A stretch of DNA of 57,114 bases from NCBI GenBank assembly GCA_039799085.1, contig JBDLTL010000002.1, positions 1-57,114 on the forward strand, given 5' to 3'. The DNA is from Candidatus Parcubacteria bacterium. Lineage in GTDB: Bacteria; Patescibacteriota; Minisyncoccia; Phycocordibacterales; UBA918. The notes under the pieces are model-generated. The model did no database searches and was not told the DNA's origin. It saw only the letters and a program-made list of their open reading frames with translations. The translations under genes were made by a program, and so were the position numbers. This document shows positions 1 to 9,408 of the stretch, in pieces. Every line of letters starts with the position of its first letter. Within the stretch, counting starts at the first letter, position 1.

Positions 1-528
1 CGTGGTGAACTTGATACGAGCGTGGCACAGATTGCAGCTGGTGCAGCTGCACAGGGAATGGATACAACTGATCCAGAACTCTCAGCGCAGATTCGTTCTC
101 AGGCTGTCGATATGCTTGTAAACACCGAGCTTCTCATGCAAGAAGCTGATAGTCGTGGTATCGTCGTAAGCGACGAGGATGTCGATGCGCGTATCAATAC
201 ACTTCGTGATGATATCGGTGGAGAAGAAATACTGGCTGAACGTATGAAGGAGTTTGGTATTGACGAGAAAACGCTTCGCCGTGACGTGAAGAATGAACTT
301 ACCATCAAGGCACTTCTCGACGCTGTGTTTGCTGAAAAGGGAATCGAGATTACTGATGAAGAGGTGAAGGAATTCTACGCACAGGCGGGTGGGGCTGAGG
401 CTGGACTTCCGGCGCTTGAAGAAGTGGCTGAGCAAATCAAGGCCCAGATTCAATCTACAAAAGAACAAGAACAGGTTACAACACTCATTGAGGAGCTTCG
501 CGGAAAAGCGACAATTGAAATGCGATAG
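1..528 (+). CDS. SurA-N-like chaperone/PPIase-family protein, 5-prime partial (runs off window start)
   Basis: Frame 1 is open from base 1 to TAG 526-528. Acidic helical sequence (LVNTELLMQEA, KTLRRDVKNELTIKALL) resembles SurA N-terminal chaperone modules. A strong terminator follows. Confidence 0.45.
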   Translation, partial: RGELDTSVAQIAAGAAAQGMDTTDPELSAQIRSQAVDMLVNTELLMQEADSRGIVVSDEDVDARINTLRDDIGGEEILAERMKEFGIDEKTLRRDVKNELTIKALLDAVFAEKGIEITDEEVKEFYAQAGGAEAGLPALEEVAEQIKAQIQSTKEQEQVTTLIEELRGKATIEMR

Positions 529-538
529 AGATATGCAC

Positions 539-586
539 AAAAGCCGCCCCGTCTTGCACAGCAAGACGGGGCGGCTTTCTGTTTTG
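539..586 (+). terminator. Rho-independent terminator
   Basis: 18-bp GC-rich stem aaagccgccccgtcttgc / gcaagacggggcggcttt with a 3-nt loop, followed by a T-run. Confidence 0.85.
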
Positions 587-606
587 TCTTGCTATACTTT
601 AGAGAC

Positions 607-1860
607 ATGCAGCACACAATGAGTACAACTGCTCGTTCCTTGACCTATCGTCCTGAAGAGAGAATGATGCTTTTTCGTGCACTTGGCAGCACTGAGCGGA
701 GTGACGCGTTCCTTGAATTATCGCCCCACCTTCAACAGTCCATACTTCGTCAGATGACGATTACTGAGATTGTTAACATGCTCGACAACATGGACATGCT
801 TCAGGTTGAGCATGTGCTCTCGCGAGTTCCTAATGTGAGATATAGGCAGCGGATTGTTGAAAAGTTGAAAGCCGAAATCAGAGAAAAAGTCGATCACTTC
901 CTCCGTTTCCACCCTCAAGCCACACTCTCACTCATCAACTTTAATTACCTCTACCTTCCAAGTTCACTTACGATTGGGGAAGCTGCCAATATCATTGATG
1001 AACACTATGAAGAGACTGGTAAGTACCCAGAAATCCTCATTCAAGAGAAAGGGCAGCTTCTTGGTGAGGTGCCGTTTGCGGCACTCGTGCGTGAGCGGAA
1101 TTCCGCTCAACTCAAGAAGTTTGTGCAGCCAATTGCAATGATTTCGTATCAAGCTGAAGTCACTGAGATTATCGACATTCTTACGTCGACCAAGCGTAAG
1201 AAAATAGTAATGCTTGATCATGACACAAGTGTACTTGGTGTCATCTATGGCGATGCTGTCCGTTCTTTGTTTGACAAACTTCCGGCCGAATCACTCTACG
1301 ATTTTGCCGGCGTTATGGAGAGTGAGGGAGTTAAGGATGGTGTGTGGAGTAAGGTTCGTCACCGGTATAAGTGGCTCATCATCAACTTAGGAACCGCTTT
1401 TCTTGCTGCGGCTGTCGTGAGTCTCTTTGAAGACACGCTCGATAAGTTGGTACTTTTGGCTATTTACATGCCAATCATCGCAGGGATGGGAGGTAATACC
1501 GCAACCCAGACACTCGCTGTCATGGTGCGAGGTATTGCTGTGGGGGATGTAAAGTTGGCGAATAGTCTGAAACCGATTATGAATGAAGTGGGAGCCGGGC
1601 TTGTGAACGGACTTATAAATGGAGTCCTTGTTGCAATCATTGCTACCTTCTGGAATCAGAGTCCTATGCTCGGATTGGTTTTGGGTATAGCAATGGTTTT
1701 CAATCTTATCATCGCCGGATTCTTCGGCGCCCTTGTCCCGCTTGTTATGAAAGAATTAGGTAAGGATCCTGCCACTTCGGCCACTATATTTATCACCACG
1801 GCCACTGACGTCTTTGGCTTCTTCATCTTTTTAGGACTCGCGACACTTATCTTGCTCTAA
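607..1860 (+). CDS. mgtE: Magnesium transporter MgtE
   Basis: MgtE-N/CBS-like region plus TM domain with PIIAGMGGNTATQT and ATDVFGFFIFLG motifs. The track ORF starts at TTG 589 inside the upstream terminator, so ATG 607 (or 619) is more plausible. Confidence 0.9.
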   Translation: MQHTMSTTARSLTYRPEERMMLFRALGSTERSDAFLELSPHLQQSILRQMTITEIVNMLDNMDMLQVEHVLSRVPNVRYRQRIVEKLKAEIREKVDHFLRFHPQATLSLINFNYLYLPSSLTIGEAANIIDEHYEETGKYPEILIQEKGQLLGEVPFAALVRERNSAQLKKFVQPIAMISYQAEVTEIIDILTSTKRKKIVMLDHDTSVLGVIYGDAVRSLFDKLPAESLYDFAGVMESEGVKDGVWSKVRHRYKWLIINLGTAFLAAAVVSLFEDTLDKLVLLAIYMPIIAGMGGNTATQTLAVMVRGIAVGDVKLANSLKPIMNEVGAGLVNGLINGVLVAIIATFWNQSPMLGLVLGIAMVFNLIIAGFFGALVPLVMKELGKDPATSATIFITTATDVFGFFIFLGLATLILL

Positions 1861-1878
1861 GTGATATACTGAGCCTGT

Positions 1879-2427
1879 ATGAAAATTGCTGAACGAATAG
1901 TAATGGTGTGCATCGTGCTTGCGCTTGTTGGTGGGGGAGTGTGGCTGTACTTTTCAGTGCAGTATAAGCGACAGGCGGTTCGTGATGCTGTCGCGCGAGG
2001 GGAATATGAAATCCGGCCAGATGAAAATAAAAAGGAAGAGGATGTTTTTGCACTTCATTACCCTGAGCTCATACCTATTGCCTTAGGATCAACGACAGTA
2101 AGTGCCTCAGTCGCTGACTCAATGCCAGAGAGAATTAAAGGTCTCTCCGGTACCCCCTACTTACCTGAGGGTGTCGTTAAGCTTTTTGCGTTTGGCACGG
2201 AAGGAGAGCACTCAATTTGGATGAAAGATATGAACTATCCGATTGATATTATTTGGGTTGCAAAAGAGGGAGAGATTGTACATATTGAAGAGCGTATTTC
2301 TCCAGAAACGTATCCAAATTCGTTTGCCTCACCGACTCCTGCCTGGTACGTCATAGAGGCGAATGCTGGATTTGTCGCGAGCTCGTCGATTAAGAAGGGC
2401 GATGAGGTAGTTGTTTCAGGTCGCTGA
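1879..2427 (+). CDS. DUF192 domain protein with N-terminal membrane anchor
   Basis: N-terminal TM helix followed by an IWMKDMNYPIDIIWV...GEIVHIEE pattern typical of DUF192. Confidence 0.7.
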   Translation: MKIAERIVMVCIVLALVGGGVWLYFSVQYKRQAVRDAVARGEYEIRPDENKKEEDVFALHYPELIPIALGSTTVSASVADSMPERIKGLSGTPYLPEGVVKLFAFGTEGEHSIWMKDMNYPIDIIWVAKEGEIVHIEERISPETYPNSFASPTPAWYVIEANAGFVASSSIKKGDEVVVSGR

Positions 2428-2463
2428 GTGTACTTGTTTTAAATAAAATACTGTTGCATAATG

Positions 2464-2825
2464 CTTTTGCACGATGGTCGCCCTGCGCAAGTTAGCAAGG
2501 GGAGGAAAGTCCGAACACGCCCACCTAGTTCGGTGGAGGATGGTAGCGGGTAATGCCCGTCGGCTAGAAATAGCCAGAGGTGCGAGCAGAGACGTCGGCG
2601 CTGAAAAGCAATGAATTCCCTCGTTGGAATAGTCTATATAGCAATATATGGGGTGAAACGGCTAAATCCTTATCTGCGTGCAAGGCCGTGCTTCTGCCGG
2701 ATTTTTGCTGAAAGATTTCAGCAAAAATCCGGCAGAAGAGAGCCGCAAGAGGTGGTTGGTAACAACCATCCTAGGTATATGATCATCCGGGCTTGCCCCG
2801 ACAGAATTCGGCTTATGTGTACAAG
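2464..2825 (+). ncRNA. rnpB: RNase P RNA (bacterial type A-like)
   Basis: P4 strands GGAGGAAAGTCCG (2501-2513) and ACAGAATTCGGCTTA (2801-2815). P1 pairs 2464-2472 with 2817-2825, and P2 pairs 2473-2480 with 2780-2787. Only implausible ORFs are present, and a terminator follows. Confidence 0.85.
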
Positions 2826-2854
2826 AAAACCCCGCAAGGGGTCTTTTTGTTTTA
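2826..2854 (+). terminator. Terminator after rnpB
   Basis: acccc-gcaa-ggggt hairpin followed by ctttttgtttt. Confidence 0.6.
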
Positions 2855-2894
2855 TGATACAATGAACCAATATTTATAGGGAATAGCATTGTAT

Positions 2895-5411
2895 ATGTCT
2901 GGAAGTTTATTTACGCCGAGGGTTTATCAGCCGGAACCGCAGCCACAGCAGCCGCACTACGAGCCACCACGAAAAAATAGCTTTGATAGAATCGGTTCCA
3001 TGATTCTGAAAGTGGAACAATCTCTGATTGTCGGTCTCATTTTTCTGATTCCAACATTCTTCGTTCCTGGTTTGCCAGCATCACTTGGGTTCGATAAGGC
3101 AATTTTGGCCGCAACCATTGGCCTTGCTGTGGTCGTTTTAGCCGGACTCTCGTCACTTCGGTACAGTCAGGTTTCAACCGTCATGCCACGTCCACTTATC
3201 GCGTTTTGGATTTTTGTGGTTGTCGCGTTTTTGAGTGGGATGCTTTCGGGAGATATTCAAGATTCACTCCGGGGAAGTGTTCTTGAAGCGCAGACAGCTG
3301 CTTTCTTTGCCATCATGGCACTAGTCATGACTACACCGCTTATTTTGCAGCGTTCAAAGATCATGAGTCTCAAGACGCTTATTGCACTTGGCGCAGCCTC
3401 TGGAGTTACTATACTCTACACGCTCATTCGGTTGGTGGTCGATGCAAAGGTGCTTGCGCTTGGAAGTTTTGGGTCGCTCACGGTCTCACCTGTGGGAAGT
3501 TTTAACGATCTTGCTATTTTAGCTGCACTCAGTGTCATCATTAGTTTGGTTACACTCTTACAGCTTCCGCTTAAGCAGTCATACCAGGCCGGTCTCTCAG
3601 TGTTGATACTCTTGTCACTTGTTATCATGGCGGTGGTTAATTTCTTCAATCTTTGGATTGTGGTCGGATTCTTTGGATTACTGCTTCTTGTGTACATCTT
3701 TGCTCGAGACACGCTCTTTGGTCGAGTGGGAGAGCAGGACAGAAATCAAGTTTCAGCAATTGTAATCGCGACAACCATGATTGTCTGTGTTGTGAGTATT
3801 CTCTTTGTGGTTGCTGGGGACTACCTTGGTGCTCGCATCAGTAATGTCACTCAAGTTAACTACATTGAAGTTCGTCCTTCTGTAACGGCTACGATTGATG
3901 TTGCTCGCGGTGTATATAGCGATGATATTCTCCTTGGAACAGGACCAAATCGGTTTGCCGATGCGTGGCGTCTCCATAAGGATAGAAGTATTAATGAGAC
4001 TATTTTCTGGAACACCGACTTCAATGCTGGTTTTGGATTTATTCCAACCCTGTTCATCACTATCGGAATCCTTGGCGGTATTGCTATTTTGGCATTCCAG
4101 GGACTCTACCTCTACCTCGGGTATCGTATGCTCTTGCGAGGAGATTCGGCTGATCCGTTCTGGTACTACTTTGGCGTCGTCACGTTCCTCGGAGCATTAT
4201 TTCTTTGGGGTATTTCATACGTTTATGTTTCAGGGCCTGTTATTCTCCTTCTCGCGTCACTTCTCACAGGACTTTCATTCGTAGCCTACCAAGCTCTTGT
4301 TCCAACAGCTTCTATCACCGTTCCGCTTGTCAGTAGTCGTCGTCGTGGATTCTTTCTCATGACGATTGTCATCGTCGCAATCACTGCATCTGTGAGCGCA
4401 CTCTTTACTGTAGGTAAGCAGTATGTGGCTCAAGCAGAATTCACAAAGGCTCGTACCACCGCAACCTCAGTTGAAGAATTCCAGCAGATGACTTCATCTG
4501 CATTTGGTCAGTACAAGGATGATGTCTTTGCAGGTTCAATGGCTCAAGCAAAACTCACAATGCTTCAGTCTATGCTTGGTATCAAGGAGCCTACTAAGGA
4601 AGATCAGGATAAATTTATCGGTCTCGCAGCTCAGGCACGTCAGGACGCTCTGGTTGCAATTGAGCTTGATCCATCAAGCCCCGAAGCTCATGCGACGCTT
4701 GCAAATATTTACATCCTTCTCTCGGGGGTAGGTTTTGAAGACGCCGAAAATCTTGCCAACGGAAAGCTTGAAGATGCTAAGTGGCGTGATCCACTCAATC
4801 CAAGCTACCCGATGCTCGCTGCGTACCTATCTAATCAGCTCGACGATAATGCTCGTGCGAGAGAGAACATTCAAAAGGCGCTTGAACTTAAGAGTAACTT
4901 ATCTGAGGCACTCTTCCTTCTTGCACAGATTGATGTAAAAGAAGGTAATATCCAATCTGCTGTCGATACGACTCGTAAGATTATTACTCTTGAACCAAAC
5001 AATCCAACTCGTTATTACCAGCTGGGAGTACTCCTTGCTGCCAACAAGGATCTTGATGGCGCTGCCGTAGCATACGAATCTGCAATCAAAATTGATACAA
5101 ACTATGCTAATGCTCGCTACATGCTCGCACTCACATACCTTGATCAAAAACGTCTTGAAGACGCGCTTACACAGCTTCGTATCGTCCGTGAGGCTAATAG
5201 GGAAAATGAGCAGCTGAACAATCTCATTACCCAGCTTGAGACAAATGGCCTCCCACTTGTTCCAGCTCAAGGTCTTGAAGGTTCTGTGAACGAACAGCAA
5301 CCAACTCAGCAAAATGGTGAAAACGTAACCACTCAAACTGATCCAAACACTAATCTCGTGAGTCCAGTAAACACTGCTCCAGCAGAGTCGCAAGAACAGC
5401 CTGCTCAGTAG
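2895..5411 (+). CDS. O-antigen ligase/polymerase-like polytopic membrane protein with C-terminal TPR repeats
   Basis: About 12 predicted TM helices with a LLGTGPNRFADAW loop typical of Wzy_C/O-antigen-ligase proteins. The C-terminal ~300 aa are TPR-like (NPSYPMLAAYL, NNPTRYYQLGVLL, NYANARYMLALTYL). The track start is TTG 2889; the ATG is at 2895. Confidence 0.7.
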   Translation: MSGSLFTPRVYQPEPQPQQPHYEPPRKNSFDRIGSMILKVEQSLIVGLIFLIPTFFVPGLPASLGFDKAILAATIGLAVVVLAGLSSLRYSQVSTVMPRPLIAFWIFVVVAFLSGMLSGDIQDSLRGSVLEAQTAAFFAIMALVMTTPLILQRSKIMSLKTLIALGAASGVTILYTLIRLVVDAKVLALGSFGSLTVSPVGSFNDLAILAALSVIISLVTLLQLPLKQSYQAGLSVLILLSLVIMAVVNFFNLWIVVGFFGLLLLVYIFARDTLFGRVGEQDRNQVSAIVIATTMIVCVVSILFVVAGDYLGARISNVTQVNYIEVRPSVTATIDVARGVYSDDILLGTGPNRFADAWRLHKDRSINETIFWNTDFNAGFGFIPTLFITIGILGGIAILAFQGLYLYLGYRMLLRGDSADPFWYYFGVVTFLGALFLWGISYVYVSGPVILLLASLLTGLSFVAYQALVPTASITVPLVSSRRRGFFLMTIVIVAITASVSALFTVGKQYVAQAEFTKARTTATSVEEFQQMTSSAFGQYKDDVFAGSMAQAKLTMLQSMLGIKEPTKEDQDKFIGLAAQARQDALVAIELDPSSPEAHATLANIYILLSGVGFEDAENLANGKLEDAKWRDPLNPSYPMLAAYLSNQLDDNARARENIQKALELKSNLSEALFLLAQIDVKEGNIQSAVDTTRKIITLEPNNPTRYYQLGVLLAANKDLDGAAVAYESAIKIDTNYANARYMLALTYLDQKRLEDALTQLRIVREANRENEQLNNLITQLETNGLPLVPAQGLEGSVNEQQPTQQNGENVTTQTDPNTNLVSPVNTAPAESQEQPAQ

Positions 5412-5422
5412 AGAGTAACCAT

Positions 5423-7099
5423 ATGGTACGAAGAGTCTTCAACTTTATGTATCGAGAAGTACGCGGCCTTCATCAGGCCGCGTATATTCTTGCACTGTTT
5501 GCGGTAGGCTCCCAGATACTTGCTGTTGTCCGTGACCGACTTCTGGCACACCTTTTTGGAGCGGGGAGTGAGCTCGATCTCTACTATGCAGCGTTTCGAA
5601 TCCCTGACCTCATGTATGTGCTGTTTGCATCAGTGCTTTCGGTGTACGTGTTACTTCCGTTTGTCAGTCGATATACAGAAGAGGGAGGTACCAAGGCTGG
5701 AGCCGCTGTAATATCACAAGTGTTCACTATTTTCTTAGTGTTTTACAGTGTTGTGGCCCTGGTGTTGGCACTTACGGCACACTCCTATGTCCCTTGGTTG
5801 TTTCCGGGTTTTACAGAGCAGGCAGGACTTCTTAGTACGCTGACACAAATACTGATGTTCCAAGCCTTCCTGCTTGGTGTTTCAAGTTTGTGTGGCGTCG
5901 TGACACAGATTAGTCATCGATTTGTCCTCTATGCAATCTCTCCACTGCTCTACAACCTCGGTATCATTTTTGGTGTAGCGGTCCTTTATCCGTACTTCGG
6001 ACTCGCTGGTCTTGTGGTAGGGGTTGTTATCGGAGCACTGGGGCATCTTGTCATTCAGCTTCCATTTGTTATCCGAAGTGAGTATCGCTTTGGGGTGACC
6101 AAGATCTTCGACAAGACACTACTTCGTGACGTACTCTTTGTTTCGGTTCCTCGAGCACTCACCCTTTCAGTAAATCAAATTGTTCTCCTTGTTCTCACCG
6201 GTATGGCTACCACGATGGCAGTTGGTTCGGTGTCAGTGTTTCAGTTCGCATTCAATCTCCAATCGGTGCCACTGGCTGTTATCGGGATGAGTTACTCTGT
6301 CGCGGCCTTCCCGACGCTCTCAACCCTTCTTGCCAAGAACATGGTGAAAGAATTTAATCACCAACTCCTCACGGCGCTCAGGCACATTATCTTCTGGTCA
6401 ATTCCAATCACTGCACTTGTGATTGTACTTCGTGCTCAGATTGTTCGCGTACTGCTTGGTACCGGTGCTTTTGACTGGGGTGACACGAGGCTTACAGCCG
6501 CCGCTTTGGCGCTCTTTGTGATTTCGCTTATTGCACAGGCAGTATTGCTACTTATTATTCGGGCCTTTTACGCCGGTGGCCGTACAGTGTTGCCACTTAT
6601 TGTCTCGGTTACATCCTCAGTGCTTTCAGTTGGACTCGCTCTTTATTTGCAGGCCGCCTACCAGGCAAGTGAGTCATTCAGATACTTTATTGAGCAGTCG
6701 TTTCGTCTTGAAGGTGTGGTAGGTACTGAGATTCTCATGCTGATTTTAGCGTTCACTATTGGACAGTTTGTACAACTTTTCATTATGATGGGGCTCTCAA
6801 TCAAAGAGTTCTCAATCAGTTTCAGACCACTGGTCCGACTTTTGGCGGAAGCATTTGGGGCTGCTTTAGCTGGAGGGTTCTCTGCGTACGCTGCGCTAGT
6901 GTTTGTTGTGGATGGCGTTAACCAGGACACCTTCATCGGTATCACGCTCCAAGGTCTCGTGGCTGGTGTGATGGGAATGACAGCTATCATTTTGGTTTAT
7001 CGTCTCGTGAAGGCACCTGAACTCTTTGAAATCTACCGATCATTCCACTCCAGAATCTTTAAAACGGACATCATTGCACCACAGCCAGATACTATGTAA
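5423..7099 (+). CDS. murJ: Lipid II flippase MurJ (MviN family)
   Basis: 14-TM-like protein with an N-terminal SQILAVVRDRLLAHLFGAG..LDLYYAAFRIPD signature of MurJ. Confidence 0.85.
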   Translation: MVRRVFNFMYREVRGLHQAAYILALFAVGSQILAVVRDRLLAHLFGAGSELDLYYAAFRIPDLMYVLFASVLSVYVLLPFVSRYTEEGGTKAGAAVISQVFTIFLVFYSVVALVLALTAHSYVPWLFPGFTEQAGLLSTLTQILMFQAFLLGVSSLCGVVTQISHRFVLYAISPLLYNLGIIFGVAVLYPYFGLAGLVVGVVIGALGHLVIQLPFVIRSEYRFGVTKIFDKTLLRDVLFVSVPRALTLSVNQIVLLVLTGMATTMAVGSVSVFQFAFNLQSVPLAVIGMSYSVAAFPTLSTLLAKNMVKEFNHQLLTALRHIIFWSIPITALVIVLRAQIVRVLLGTGAFDWGDTRLTAAALALFVISLIAQAVLLLIIRAFYAGGRTVLPLIVSVTSSVLSVGLALYLQAAYQASESFRYFIEQSFRLEGVVGTEILMLILAFTIGQFVQLFIMMGLSIKEFSISFRPLVRLLAEAFGAALAGGFSAYAALVFVVDGVNQDTFIGITLQGLVAGVMGMTAIILVYRLVKAPELFEIYRSFHSRIFKTDIIAPQPDTM

Positions 7100-7145
7100 C
7101 CTACTAGTTTTTTCCTAAAACTCAGGTACAGTAGGGCAACTATTC

Positions 7146-8930
7146 ATGAAGCAGATTCGAAATTTTAGTATCATCGCGCACATCGACCACGGGAAGTCGA
7201 CCTTGGCTGACCGTATGCTCGAAGCGACCAAGACAGTTGAGCAGCGCAAAATGAAAGAACAGGTACTCGACTCAATGGAACTCGAGCGAGAACGAGGCAT
7301 CACTATTAAGATGCAGCCAGTTCGTATGCACTACCAGCATGGTGGCGAAACGTACGAACTCAACCTCATCGATACCCCTGGGCACATCGACTTTTCGTAC
7401 GAAGTATCGCGAGCTCTCAAAGCAGTTGAAGGAGTCCTTCTTCTTGTCGACAGTACTCAGGGTGTGCAGGCGCAGACACTCACAACACTTCAGATGGCGA
7501 AAGACCAAAACCTTACTATCATTCCAGTCCTCACGAAGACAGATGTTCCCCATGCGCGAATTGAGGAGGTGGGAGATGAGGTGATTAATCTTTTGGGGTG
7601 TCAGCGAGAAGATATCATGCTCGTCTCTGGTAAGACTGGTGCCGGTGTCTCGGATTTACTCGAAGCTATCTGTGTGCGCGTACCACAGCCAAAGGAAAGC
7701 AAGGGAGACGTCTATCGTGGACTTATCTTCGACTTCCAGTATTCCAATCACCGAGGGATTATTGTCTTTATGCGTGTAATTGATGGTGCGGTAAAGAAGG
7801 GCGACACACTGAAGTTCGCAGCTAGCAAAAAGTCGTTTACCGCACTTGAGGTAGGAGTAGTAACACCGCAAGAGACGCCACAGGATGCGCTTGGAGCGGG
7901 GCAAATTGGCTATATCGTGACTGGCATCAAAGAGCCTGGTGTGGCGTACGTGGGCGATACTCTCATTCCCGACAAGTCTGTTGCAGAAGCTCTACCAGAC
8001 TTCCAGCATGCCAGACCGGTCGTGTGGTCGTCTATTTTTCCAGAGAATCAGGATGAGTTTACACAGCTTCGCCAAGCACTTGATAGACTTCGACTTTCAG
8101 ATTCATCACTTTCATTTGAAGAAGAATCTTCTGGTGTGCTTGGGCGCGGATTTCGTTGCGGCTTCCTTGGGATGCTTCACATGGAAATTATCACCGAGCG
8201 CCTCAGGCGGGAGTTTGATATTGAAATTATTATCACGGCGCCGTCAATTTCATATGAGGTAACCTGGTCAGATGGCAAGATGGAAAACATCTACGCCGCC
8301 AATCGTTTCCCAGAACATGGTGAAAAGGTGACGGTACGCGAACCGTGGGTATTGGGCCAAGTCATTCTTCCGGGAGAGTATATGGGAGATGTTCTTACGC
8401 TCCTGTATGAGCACGAAGCAAGTGTTATAGATACCGAGCTCTTCGGAGACGGGCGCACACTTCTCGCTGTTGAGATGCCACTTCGTGAACTCATGCGAGG
8501 TTTCTTCGATAAGCTCAAGAGTGCCTCAAGTGGCTACGCGTCACTTTCGTATGAGATTGCAGAGATGCGTCCTGCTTCTGTGACGAAACTTGATATTTTG
8601 GTCGCGGAAGAGTTGGTGCCAGCCTTTTCTCGCGTTGTTGGTATGGCTAGGGCAGAGACTGAAGCTAAGATGATTGTCGAGAAGCTGTACCAATCTCTTC
8701 CGCGACAACAGTTCGTGGTGAAGATTCAGGCAAAAGTCATGGGACACCTCACGGCTACAAAGAAACTCTCATCAGTAGGGAAGGATGTAACGGCGCACCT
8801 CTATGGTGGAGACATTACTCGCAAGATGAAGCTTCGTGAGAAGCAGAAGAAGGGTAAGGCGAAAGCACTTGAGCGTGGCAAGGTCCACATTCCTCAGGAT
8901 GTCTTTATGAAGATGATGAGGAATGAATAA
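7146..8930 (+). CDS. lepA: Translation elongation factor 4 (LepA)
   Basis: IRNFSIIAHIDHGKSTLADR G1 motif, DTPGHIDF G3 motif, and the LepA-specific C-terminal domain (YGGDITRKMKLREKQKKGK). Confidence 0.95.
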   Translation: MKQIRNFSIIAHIDHGKSTLADRMLEATKTVEQRKMKEQVLDSMELERERGITIKMQPVRMHYQHGGETYELNLIDTPGHIDFSYEVSRALKAVEGVLLLVDSTQGVQAQTLTTLQMAKDQNLTIIPVLTKTDVPHARIEEVGDEVINLLGCQREDIMLVSGKTGAGVSDLLEAICVRVPQPKESKGDVYRGLIFDFQYSNHRGIIVFMRVIDGAVKKGDTLKFAASKKSFTALEVGVVTPQETPQDALGAGQIGYIVTGIKEPGVAYVGDTLIPDKSVAEALPDFQHARPVVWSSIFPENQDEFTQLRQALDRLRLSDSSLSFEEESSGVLGRGFRCGFLGMLHMEIITERLRREFDIEIIITAPSISYEVTWSDGKMENIYAANRFPEHGEKVTVREPWVLGQVILPGEYMGDVLTLLYEHEASVIDTELFGDGRTLLAVEMPLRELMRGFFDKLKSASSGYASLSYEIAEMRPASVTKLDILVAEELVPAFSRVVGMARAETEAKMIVEKLYQSLPRQQFVVKIQAKVMGHLTATKKLSSVGKDVTAHLYGGDITRKMKLREKQKKGKAKALERGKVHIPQDVFMKMMRNE

Positions 8931-9026
8931 ATGTCCGAAGGACATATTATGAATTTCGTTCCGAATTTGCCTAAACCCTAGGGCAAATTCCTGGAACTAG
9001 TCGAACGCTTACAAAGTATTGTGAAC

Positions 9027-9060
9027 AAAAAGAGCGGCGCTGTAGGCGCCGCTCTTTTCT
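9027..9060. terminator. Bidirectional terminator
   Basis: agagcggcgc / gcgccgctct 10-bp stem with loop tgtag, flanked by an A-run and a T-run. Confidence 0.8.
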
Positions 9061-9066
9061 TACCTT

Positions 9067-9201
9067 CTACGCGAACAATCTCGCGATAACGGTTGGTCCA
9101 CCAGAGTAAGCAAACACCATGCTGATTATGATAAGGATGGCCACAGTGCCCCAAATCCACTTGATTGCTTTCTTGGTTCGTTCATCAAATAAAAAGCTCA
9201 T
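9067..9201 (-). CDS. Possible 44-aa single-TM micro-protein (absent from the ORF track, below its size cut-off)
   Basis: Manual translation gives MSFLFDERTKKAIKWIWGTVAILIIISMVFAYSGGPTVIARLFA*. It has one clear hydrophobic helix and ends 6 nt before the bidirectional terminator. No SD sequence is evident. Confidence 0.3.
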   Translation of the reverse strand: MSFLFDERTKKAIKWIWGTVAILIIISMVFAYSGGPTVIARLFA

Positions 9202-9224
9202 GGGGGCTATTTTAGCACATCTAA

Positions 9225-9233
9225 TGATATACT
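9225..9233 (+). promoter_or_regulatory. Extended -10 promoter element (TGaTATACT)
   Basis: TGATATACT lies about 175 nt upstream of the ftsB-like start codon, and no ORF lies in between. Confidence 0.45.
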
Positions 9234-9261
9234 AGCCACGAGTGACCAGTCGACTGAATGG

Positions 9262-9316
9262 GCAGCTCGCTACAGCCTATTTCTCCCTTGGGGGTCCAAA
9301 TATGCTAAGCGCCTGC
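9262..9316 (+). repeat. 55-nt conserved leader element, copy A
   Basis: 53/55 nt identical to the reverse complement of 53452-53506. It lies in the 5-prime leader of the ftsB-like gene. Confidence 0.8.
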
Positions 9317-9408
9317 TGTCACGTTGCGTACGGAAAATATATTCGCTGTCGCTTATTATTTTCCAGCAATTTTCGCAATAGTCGCGCTACGCGCTCGTTT
9401 GCTCAAAC

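Noticed and set aside
2611-2889. Track ORFs 2611..2865 (+) and 2662..2889 (-)
   Set aside because: They lie entirely within the RNase P RNA and its terminator. Their Arg/Cys-rich composition is typical of translated structured RNA.
8978-9160. Track ORF 8978..9160 (-), 60 aa
   Set aside because: It reads through the bidirectional terminator stem and has odd His/Trp/Cys-rich composition. A different frame gives the more plausible 44-aa TM peptide.
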